From the NCBI GenBank assembly GCA_038893995.1, contig JAWAQK010000023.1, positions 1 through 32,485 of the forward strand: a stretch of 32,485 bases of DNA, written 5' to 3'. This document shows, one piece after another, positions 18,622-26,001 of this stretch (within the stretch, counting starts at the first letter, position 1; each line of letters starts with the position of its first letter). The notes under the pieces are model-generated. The model was not told where the DNA came from and searched no databases. It was given only the letters and a program-made list of their open reading frames with translations. The DNA comes from Candidatus Thorarchaeota archaeon (GTDB taxonomy: Archaea > Asgardarchaeota > Thorarchaeia > Thorarchaeales > Thorarchaeaceae). Made by a program: the position numbers and the translations under genes.

Positions 18622-18825
18622 TTTACTCTTCCATCCGATTGGGTCCTTCTGTGACCATTTGGCGTGTCTGAGCTGTGTGATGCAACATGGATACCTAATA
18701 CTGTTGGTAATACGCCAAGAGTCGGGCGGACCAACATCAGCGACTAGCGTGCTGTATCGGTGTGCGCTTCGGGCAATCACAGAAAAACTTACTGCAGGAC
18801 GCCTATCTGTAACAGTTCGGTCATG

Positions 18826-19194
18826 TTACTGCGAAACCATACTCACGAGCGCCCTCTTGAGAGCAATTCTCAGCAGTCCCAATGATTCTCGGGCGGTCTC
18901 ACCGGCGATCGCAATCAGAATAATATTGACATCGCCCAGTATGATCACGAGCCCCTTGTCAGCTGCTATGCTTATCTCTTTCAGTCCTCCCTTGTCAACT
19001 CCTGCTACAAGCTGTGCGGCCGATGTTGAGATCTTCACAGCATTCTCAGCCACGCTAGTATGTTTGATGTCAGCGGTTATTGTGTGTCCGAATATGACAC
19101 GACCATTACTATCACATGCTATGATTCCCTGAATGTCGGTGTTCGCGGCCATCGTATCTGCAATGATCCTCTCAATCTTAGACTTGTCCACCAT
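18826..19194 (-). CDS. Roadblock/LC7 domain protein
   Basis: 122 aa; helix-IQGIIACDSNG-helix-KGGLKEISI...LGLLRIALKR pattern; SD GGAGG at 19206-19210. Confidence 0.75.
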   Translation of the reverse strand: MVDKSKIERIIADTMAANTDIQGIIACDSNGRVIFGHTITADIKHTSVAENAVKISTSAAQLVAGVDKGGLKEISIAADKGLVIILGDVNIILIAIAGETARESLGLLRIALKRALVSMVSQ

Positions 19195-19377
19195 TCAGTA
19201 GCCAACCTCCGGGCTCAAGATCTTATCCACGTGGTCCGCTCTTCTGCTGTCTCTCTTTATATCTTCTCTGGCAAGTTCACTTTCGTGAGAATCGGCGTCT
19301 GTCTAACACATTTCATCCTATCATAGAATCGCTTTAATACTTCAGCAGCGTCTGGCAGTACCAGAAGTGATGACTCA

Positions 19378-20994
19378 TTGGCCATTCTGAGGACTAGTGC
19401 TGAAGCGTTTCCATCATCTCGACGCGTGACAGGTGAGATTCCGTACGTCCTGCGAGTCGAGTTCAGGGGACTGTCAGATGACACCAGCAAGATTGTCGGG
19501 AAACCAATTGCCTGTAGCAAGTGCAATGGCTTCCTGATCAGTATAGACCAGATACAAGAGGACAAGAAGATCGGAAAATACTTTGTCTGCGCGTTCTGCG
19601 GCACGCTCAATGTGATTCAGGGAGATGTCGTGGTCGCAAGCGAGGAAACCGAGTTTGTACTCGAACCCGCTCCGAAGACTATGCCTTCGGAGACCAAACC
19701 CCCAGTGGGTGCTGGCTCGATATTGGCTGTAATTGACGTGTCTGGCTCCATGAGCGGCGCCAATCTGGCTGCAGTGAAGAGGAGCCTGATGAACACACTT
19801 GACAGTCTAGCGGCCAATGCACCAGATACCGTCTTCGGAATGGTAGAGTTTGAGAGCACTGTTGTGATAAGGGACCTGAGTACCGGAAATGGAATCGAGA
19901 TTCCACGTGAGTCCTTTGCCAGTTACGATGCAATCGTCAAATGCACGCAATCTGCTCTCGACAGAGTGAAGATGGTAAGAGTAGGCAGTAACATCAGTGC
20001 GATAAAGCAGCATGTGAAGGCGCTGACAGACAAAGGTGGTACTGCACTGGGTCCAGCAATGGTCACTGCTCTCACACTGGCAAAGCACAGAAACATCAAC
20101 CGGGTGATTCTCCTGACTGACGGCCTTGCCAACGAGGGTATCGGTGCCCTAGAGGGATATCAGGTCGTTCCACCGGGCGAGTTCTATCTCGACATCGGGA
20201 AGAAGTTCCTCGAGGCGGGAGCTATCGTCGACGTGGTCGGGATTGCATCTGGAGCAGGAATGGAACTCAAGACACTTGGCCAAATGCCTGAAACGACCGG
20301 GGGACAGATGTACTACGTGACACCCAATGAGTTAGACAGGAGTATATCTGAGTTGGCAGGAGCCACGTTACTTGGAAGAAATGTCGAGGTGCGACTAGTA
20401 GTTCCTAAGGGAGTCAAGATCAAGGACGCATCGGGTGTATCGCAGCTGGCTGTACAGCAGCTAGTTGCAGAAGCAGCCGGAAACATCGGTGCAGTTGGTG
20501 ACAATCACGAACTCTACATCGAGGTTGAACCTGAAAGAGAGATCCAGCAGGAGGAAGTCCCAATTCAAGTGCAGATCGCCTATACAGACGAGGATGGCTC
20601 CCGAAGAGTCAGAGCTGTGACCAGAAAGTTGCGGGTTGCAAGGACCGAGAAAGAGCTCATTGAAACGCTCGACCCGACAATTGGCGCCACTTTTGTCACT
20701 CAGAAGGCGGGGGAAGTCGCATTTCGTGGAGACATCAAGGGAGGACGTAGTAGGATAGCAGAGTTCAGAGCTGCCATGAGTAGCAAGGTTCGCAGTGCTC
20801 CCAGCAAATTGCAGAGCCAGATCGCAGAAGTAGACAGGGTCCTCGCCTCAGAGGAGAAAAAGATGGAAAATCGTGAGCAGATGATAGCAGCGGCTCCAAA
20901 GGCCGCCTCTGTGGCAGCAGACCAGGTGTCCACCGAGAACATCAGACAGGCAAGAAAGAGCTCAAAGGAACTGTTCGAGAACGAACAGGTCTAA
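19378..20994 (+). CDS. Sec23/Sec24-like protein: Zn finger + vWA (trunk) + beta-sandwich + helical tail
   Basis: CSKC...CAFCGTLN zinc finger, VIDVSGSM MIDAS, TALGPA, LLTDGLAN, ETTGG, QVQIAYTDEDGSRRVRAVT. Start uncertain (GTG 19426 possible). Confidence 0.82.
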   Translation: MAILRTSAEAFPSSRRVTGEIPYVLRVEFRGLSDDTSKIVGKPIACSKCNGFLISIDQIQEDKKIGKYFVCAFCGTLNVIQGDVVVASEETEFVLEPAPKTMPSETKPPVGAGSILAVIDVSGSMSGANLAAVKRSLMNTLDSLAANAPDTVFGMVEFESTVVIRDLSTGNGIEIPRESFASYDAIVKCTQSALDRVKMVRVGSNISAIKQHVKALTDKGGTALGPAMVTALTLAKHRNINRVILLTDGLANEGIGALEGYQVVPPGEFYLDIGKKFLEAGAIVDVVGIASGAGMELKTLGQMPETTGGQMYYVTPNELDRSISELAGATLLGRNVEVRLVVPKGVKIKDASGVSQLAVQQLVAEAAGNIGAVGDNHELYIEVEPEREIQQEEVPIQVQIAYTDEDGSRRVRAVTRKLRVARTEKELIETLDPTIGATFVTQKAGEVAFRGDIKGGRSRIAEFRAAMSSKVRSAPSKLQSQIAEVDRVLASEEKKMENREQMIAAAPKAASVAADQVSTENIRQARKSSKELFENEQV

Positions 20995-21145
20995 ACATGA
21001 TACCGGACACACGTCTGGGTAATAGGGCCAATTGTAATGCGCAAATCAACACAGAAATTCGGGTTACGTTGGCGTAAGTCTAAAATACCCCAGAGGTGTG
21101 TTACGCAGTAGCAAGGCAGGACCAAGAACAGCAGGGATATGGCGG

Positions 21146-21439
21146 TTGATCAGTCAAGAGAAGCTGGAGGCATTGCTATCCGAACTGAGGTCGCAGAGAG
21201 GTGTCCGCGGCGTTGTCGTGACCAATATGGAGGGATTTCCCCTCTACAGCGATCTTGACTCTGAGAAAACCGAGATCGTTGCTGCGATCATAACCTCCCT
21301 GGTTGGAAAGGCACTGGATGCCGTTCGCGAGCTGAGGGAGGGCAACCTGTCCTTTCTGACCCTTGATACAACCAAGGGTCAGATCAACATCGCACCTGAT
21401 GTGAAGGAGGGCCTGATCCTTGTGGTCCTCAAGGAATGA
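21146..21439 (+). CDS. Roadblock/LC7 domain protein (short)
   Basis: GVRGVVVTNMEGFPLYS...AAIITSL...ELREGNL; lacks the final helix. Start taken at TTG 21146. Confidence 0.85.
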   Translation: MISQEKLEALLSELRSQRGVRGVVVTNMEGFPLYSDLDSEKTEIVAAIITSLVGKALDAVRELREGNLSFLTLDTTKGQINIAPDVKEGLILVVLKE

Positions 21440-21455
21440 ATGAGAGGGAATAGCC

Positions 21456-21923
21456 ATGAGCGATCCAAAGGCATTTGACAGGATACTCACAGATGTCATC
21501 AGACAGGACAAGGGAATTCGCAGGGTCATACTGGTAGACAAGACGGGCCTGACAATAGCAAATGTATCCAAGCTGTCATACTATCCAGTTGATACCGACA
21601 GCATCGGTGCGATAGCCAGTGCTGTTTTCTGTGCCAGTGAGGAACAGGGCAAGAACTTGCAGATTGGTGAACTCGAGATAGTCACGTCTGAGTTCTCAGG
21701 CGGAAAGATATTTGCATCAGCCTGTGGCAAGGGCGTACTCTGTGTAATATCTGACTCCGAGGTCAATATTGGTCTTATCAGACTCGTCATGAAGAAGCAG
21801 GGAGTGCAGCTTGCTGAGGAACTTGATAAGTTCTTGGCAGTCGAGCCAATGAGACCCGGCAAGGACCGTGAGATGGACGAGGAAGAACTCAAGTCCGCAC
21901 TGGCAGAGTTGGAGCGGGTGTAA
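21456..21923 (+). CDS. Roadblock/LC7 (MglB-like) protein with C-terminal acidic helix
   Basis: VILVDKTGLTIA, IGAIASAVF, IGEL, VNIGLIRLVMKK, tail EMDEEELKSALAELERV. Confidence 0.88.
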   Translation: MSDPKAFDRILTDVIRQDKGIRRVILVDKTGLTIANVSKLSYYPVDTDSIGAIASAVFCASEEQGKNLQIGELEIVTSEFSGGKIFASACGKGVLCVISDSEVNIGLIRLVMKKQGVQLAEELDKFLAVEPMRPGKDREMDEEELKSALAELERV

Positions 21924-22068
21924 TAACACCAACTCGCGACTCAGAGAGAACAATTCAGATTCAGTGGGAATGGCACATGGAATACCAGCAATCCAGACCT
22001 TCGATCGACATCGATACACTGGCCCGAGAACGATCTCGTGACTGGCCCGTGGTATGGGCCAGAAGCGC

Positions 22069-22075
22069 TTATAAA
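22069..22075 (+). promoter_or_regulatory. TATA box (TTATAAA) upstream of the GTPase gene
   Basis: Canonical archaeal TATA about 50 bp before GTG 22125. Confidence 0.55.
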
Positions 22076-22124
22076 CCCAAAACAGACAAACAACATCCTG
22101 CTCTCCACACAGACCTGATGGACG

Positions 22125-22697
22125 GTGATTCAGATTAGACGAGACGACCGTGGCAGAATACATCTGAAACTGGTCTTCTACGGTCCAAGCCTTGGTGGAA
22201 AGACCACTGCTCTTCGATGGTTGTACGGGAAAGTCGAGGGGCTTCAGAAAGGAGAGTTCACGGCTATAGAGGACGAAACAAACCGTACGCTGTTCTTCGA
22301 CTACGTTCCTATGAGTGCAGGGGGACGGGTACTGTTCGATGTCTTCACCGTAGCAGGCCAGAAGCGTCACCGGCACCAGAGGAGGGTAGTTCTACAGGGA
22401 ACGGACGGCATACTCTTCGTTGCAGATTCTTCTCCCGACCAGAGGGACGAGAATGTTGAGAGCTTTGAGGAGCTCAAGATGTTTCTAGGCGATGCACTAG
22501 GAAGAGAGATACCAATAGTAGTGATGCTCAACAAGCGTGATCTCCCGAACAGGATGTCACGCGATGAGATGCTTGATCTTCTGGGTCTTGGCAGCAATAT
22601 TCCTATATACGAAACAATCGCCGTACAAGGGGTCGGTGTTAAGAGGGCATTCCAGGCCATAGCTAGAGAAGTAATCCTCAAAAGGATGTACAAGTAG
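22125..22697 (+). CDS. MglA-family small GTPase
   Basis: KLVFYGPSLGGKTT (G1), RTLFFD (G2 with intrinsic Arg), TVAGQ (G3), NKRD (G4); MglA signatures. Confidence 0.92.
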   Translation: MIQIRRDDRGRIHLKLVFYGPSLGGKTTALRWLYGKVEGLQKGEFTAIEDETNRTLFFDYVPMSAGGRVLFDVFTVAGQKRHRHQRRVVLQGTDGILFVADSSPDQRDENVESFEELKMFLGDALGREIPIVVMLNKRDLPNRMSRDEMLDLLGLGSNIPIYETIAVQGVGVKRAFQAIAREVILKRMYK

Positions 22698-22713
22698 GAC
22701 TAGGTGATTACAA

Positions 22714-23085
22714 ATGAGCGAGTCCCGTGAAGGAACCCTTGAAAGCGTGTTGAGCGAGCTACAAGGTAGCATACCAGAAATTGAGGCCTGTGCGATTGTC
22801 AGTGTAGAGGGGCTCCCAATAGTATCATCCCTGCCTGCGGAAGTCGACGAGGCAAAACTCGCAGCCATCACTGCAGCCATGTTGACGCTGGGCGAAAAAG
22901 CAGCAGCGGAGCTTGGCAAGGGGAGCCTAGAACAGGTGAACGTCAAGGGGCAGGACGGATGGATCCTCGTCGTTCAAGCAGGGTTGAACGCCTGTCTGAC
23001 TGTTTCGACTACAAGCAACGCGAAACTGGGCTTGGTCTTCCTAGATATGAAGAGGGCAGCTGAAAAGGTTGCAAAGATGATATAG
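22714..23085 (+). CDS. Roadblock/LC7 (MglB-like) protein
   Basis: IEACAIVSVEGLPIVS.LP, LAAITAAMLTLGE, LGKGSLEQV.VKG, AKLGLVFLDMKRAA. Confidence 0.93.
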   Translation: MSESREGTLESVLSELQGSIPEIEACAIVSVEGLPIVSSLPAEVDEAKLAAITAAMLTLGEKAAAELGKGSLEQVNVKGQDGWILVVQAGLNACLTVSTTSNAKLGLVFLDMKRAAEKVAKMI

Positions 23086-23149
23086 GTATGAACCATTGGG
23101 GCTCTCGAATCTACGTAGTATATGAGGGCCTAGGAGGAGGGGTGCAAGG

Positions 23150-23917
23150 TTGAATCTCAGTGGTCCGGTGTATCGGCTGTATGAGTTCTGGCTCCACAGA
23201 CAGTTGCGCAACGATAGGGCACCCCTTCACGTCGGAATAATACTTGATGGCAACAGACGATATGCACGTGAACATGGACTCGATGTCCCTTGGATGGGGC
23301 ATCACAAGGGAGCCCACAAGGTAATGGAGGTACTCAAGATATTATGGGAGGCCGGAGTGAAGGTATGTACCTTGTACGCATTCTCAGTAGAGAACTTCAA
23401 GCGTGACCCCAGAGAAGTTGAAGCGATCATGAAGCTTGCTCGAGAAAAGTTCTCAGAAGTCGTCGGCAATCCTGACATTCACAAGCACAGAGTACGCATT
23501 CGAGCCATCGGACGTGTGGACCTTCTGCCTCCAGAGGTGCAAGAGGCGATTGCCGCAGCCGAGGCTGAAACACGTCAGTACTCAGATCATCTCTTGAATG
23601 TCGCAATAGGCTACTCAGGTAGGACAGAGCTAGTAGACATGGTCAGGATGATTGGGGAGAAGATAAAGTCAGGCCAGCTCGACCCGTCAGAGATTGATGA
23701 ACGGGTTGTTGAGCAACATCTCTACACTAACGGGATTCCGGATCCAGACCTCATAATCCGGACGTCAGGAGAAGAGCGACTCTCGGGCTTTCTGATATGG
23801 CAATCTGCATACTCGGAACTCTACTTTGCGCAGGTCTACTGGCCCGCAGTCCGACGAATCGACATATGGAGGGCTCTGCGGTCATACGAGCACCGTACCC
23901 GACGGTTCGGCACATAG
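23150..23917 (+). CDS. uppS: cis-prenyltransferase (polyprenyl/undecaprenyl diphosphate synthase)
   Basis: HVGIILDGNRR, TLYAFSVENF.R, PDLIIRTSGEERLSGFLIWQSAYSEL, C-terminal RRFG. Confidence 0.96.
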   Translation: MNLSGPVYRLYEFWLHRQLRNDRAPLHVGIILDGNRRYAREHGLDVPWMGHHKGAHKVMEVLKILWEAGVKVCTLYAFSVENFKRDPREVEAIMKLAREKFSEVVGNPDIHKHRVRIRAIGRVDLLPPEVQEAIAAAEAETRQYSDHLLNVAIGYSGRTELVDMVRMIGEKIKSGQLDPSEIDERVVEQHLYTNGIPDPDLIIRTSGEERLSGFLIWQSAYSELYFAQVYWPAVRRIDIWRALRSYEHRTRRFGT

Positions 23918-23986
23918 ACTCCAGATTACAGCTCTTTTTATTGAGTCTTCCTGTGAATCGTCCTGAGATTGGAGAAGTATCACCCA

Positions 23987-25246
23987 ATGGATCAACGGCT
24001 ATGCGGAGATGACTTCACGGTGGTAAGACCGCCCCTGGAAGTCTACACGGGCATTGTTGAGGTGCAGATTCCAGATGGAGTGGCAGCTAGACTCAAGAAG
24101 GCATTCGAGCGCTTCGCTGCACACAGATATGCAGAAGACCCGCTTTCTACACATCTGACCCGCTTTGTGGAAGTCATTAGTACTCTGGTTGCATATCTCG
24201 ATAACAGGAACCGTGTGAGTACATCGGATGTGTCAGAAGCGATTGATCTTCTGGACTACTTCACCTCGACCACCAAGTGGTGGACGATGACACGTAAGGA
24301 CCCCCGGTTCAATCTTCGGCCTCCATCTCAGGACCCCAGGCAGTTCATCAGGGGCCTTGCAGACCTGGTCTTGGGTAAGGAGACAATCGAACGTTCGCGG
24401 ATCGCCTCGGACAAGTTGCTAGCATTCCTCAGAGAGCAGGGCATAGGTAAACAAAGAGAGCAGACGGATCTCTGCAGTAGAATTGCGTCATGTTGGTTGC
24501 TGCTCAGCGGCATCATCTGCAGACATCAGGCTCGATCCTCTACGGAGGAGAACGATTTTGAACTGGCATACGATATCATGAGAGTATTGCTATTCTACAC
24601 CCCTCGGACGGAATACTGTGCCCTCAGGGCTCTTCGTGAGCTAGGAACCAATCCGATCCTACCAAGGATTGCTCAAGTGAATCTATCCCCAAACTTCGAG
24701 AAGAGACTCGAGTCATCACCCGCCGCTGTTCTTGACAAGTATAGATCCTTGGTTCCTGCACGCGGTGAATCAGCTCCAGCCATCTCTCATGGGACCCTGA
24801 CCAATGCTCTGCGATTCATGGTGCAGTTTCAAGCCTCGTTGGAGGGCAGGGAGCGTGTCGAGGAGGATACCTACGACCACATGATAATCAGTGCCCTGTC
24901 GATGTTACATTCAGTCGGAATTGCATCCGAGGTCTTTCGTGACGAGAATGCTGTATCCGCACTGTTTTCACGACTCCGTATCATTGGCGATACGCTCGAA
25001 CGGATTGACAACGTGATGAAACGACTGGAGCTGTTACTACTTGAAACGAGCGGCGACAGAAACTTCTTGCTCCGGTACCCACGCTTCGTCACCCGAATTA
25101 TGGCGACCATAGCACTCATCGGTGCGGGAACAGCCCCAGCGTCCAGTACTCGGATGGAGGATAGCGACCTGAAGAGAGGGATAATCCTTCTTTCTAGACT
25201 GCTTGCCAATCGTCCTAGCTGTCCGGAGGGGGCCCCTCAATTATGA
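23987..25246 (+). CDS. Hypothetical all-helical protein with four ~103-aa AAA-lid-like repeats
   Basis: Long ORF with an upstream T-rich TATA-like box (23935-23942) and GGAG; recurring R-x-x-h-x-x-x-D-h-x-x-A motif; no P-loop. Confidence 0.7.
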   Translation: MDQRLCGDDFTVVRPPLEVYTGIVEVQIPDGVAARLKKAFERFAAHRYAEDPLSTHLTRFVEVISTLVAYLDNRNRVSTSDVSEAIDLLDYFTSTTKWWTMTRKDPRFNLRPPSQDPRQFIRGLADLVLGKETIERSRIASDKLLAFLREQGIGKQREQTDLCSRIASCWLLLSGIICRHQARSSTEENDFELAYDIMRVLLFYTPRTEYCALRALRELGTNPILPRIAQVNLSPNFEKRLESSPAAVLDKYRSLVPARGESAPAISHGTLTNALRFMVQFQASLEGRERVEEDTYDHMIISALSMLHSVGIASEVFRDENAVSALFSRLRIIGDTLERIDNVMKRLELLLLETSGDRNFLLRYPRFVTRIMATIALIGAGTAPASSTRMEDSDLKRGIILLSRLLANRPSCPEGAPQL

Positions 25247-25949
25247 TTCTGGCATCAACCACCATGGCACCACGGTCCTTGGCGTACACAAAGACGGGGT
25301 TGCAATCAAGCTCTTGAATCTCAGGATTATCCTCGACCATCTTGGACACTGCCAACATCAGTTTGACGAGGGCATCGAGGTCCCGGGGAGCCTGACCTCT
25401 GATTCCCTCCAGGATCTTCGCTGCCCGTATTTCTCGCACCATTTCTCGTGCATCGGCCTCACTGAGGGGAACCAACCTGAATGTGACATCTTTCAGTACC
25501 TCAACGAAAATGCCACCCAGTCCAAACATCATTGCGTGCCCAAATTGGGGATCGCAAGTGACTCCAACTATTACCTCGGTTCCAGGCTCTGCATACTTCG
25601 ATACGATCACGCCGCGACTCAAGTCCACTTCAATTCCCTTTTCGACACCGTACCTGCGAGCATTGGCGATTATGTCATCGAAGGCCTGGCGGACTGCATT
25701 CTCATCTCTGAGGTCCACCTTGACGCCGCCAGCATCGGACTTGTGCAAGATGTCCTTGGACAAGATCTTGAGAACAACCGGAAACCCGATCTTCCTAGCT
25801 TTCTCCACGGCTTCATCTGCAGTCCTTGCAGTTGCATAGGGGGGAACCGGTATGCCGTATGATGCCAAGATGTCCTTTGCCTCGTTCTCAAGCACAAATG
25901 TCCTTTTCTCATTTCGAGCGGTCTCAAAGACCCGTTTGGCAAGATTCAT
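25215..25949 (-). CDS. acdB: ADP-forming acetyl/acyl-CoA synthetase beta subunit (ATP-grasp)
   Basis: E.EAKDILASYGIPV, GFPVVLKI, HKSDAGGV, DPQFG...MFGLGGIFVE, ELDCNPV, VDARI. Confidence 0.93.
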   Translation of the reverse strand: MNLAKRVFETARNEKRTFVLENEAKDILASYGIPVPPYATARTADEAVEKARKIGFPVVLKILSKDILHKSDAGGVKVDLRDENAVRQAFDDIIANARRYGVEKGIEVDLSRGVIVSKYAEPGTEVIVGVTCDPQFGHAMMFGLGGIFVEVLKDVTFRLVPLSEADAREMVREIRAAKILEGIRGQAPRDLDALVKLMLAVSKMVEDNPEIQELDCNPVFVYAKDRGAMVVDARIIIEGPPPDS

Positions 25950-26001
25950 TATGTGTCAGGCCTCTCACCAGTTCTCACATGGACTCTGTATTTATGACTT
26001 A

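Noticed and set aside
18622-18780. 53-aa N-terminal extension of SMC in the ORF track
   Set aside because: SMC homology begins at (L)VYIEKI; the extension starts at a non-ATG codon and looks like read-through of intergenic DNA
18826-19194. Profilin or longin instead of Roadblock
   Set aside because: The G.L.EI.I and terminal LGLLRIAL pattern matches the other Roadblocks in the locus; the folds are related, so this is not fully excluded
21717-22376. 219-aa antisense ORF, and the many other short overlapping ORFs in the track
   Set aside because: They lie antisense to or out of frame within well-supported genes and show no recognisable motifs
23987-25246. Tandem histone-fold interpretation (RHQARSSTEENDFELA resembles HAGRKTIKAEDIELA)
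   Set aside because: Strand-to-motif spacing is about 50 aa with a break in the helix, versus about 33 aa in histone folds; the AAA-lid reading fits better, though only structure can settle it
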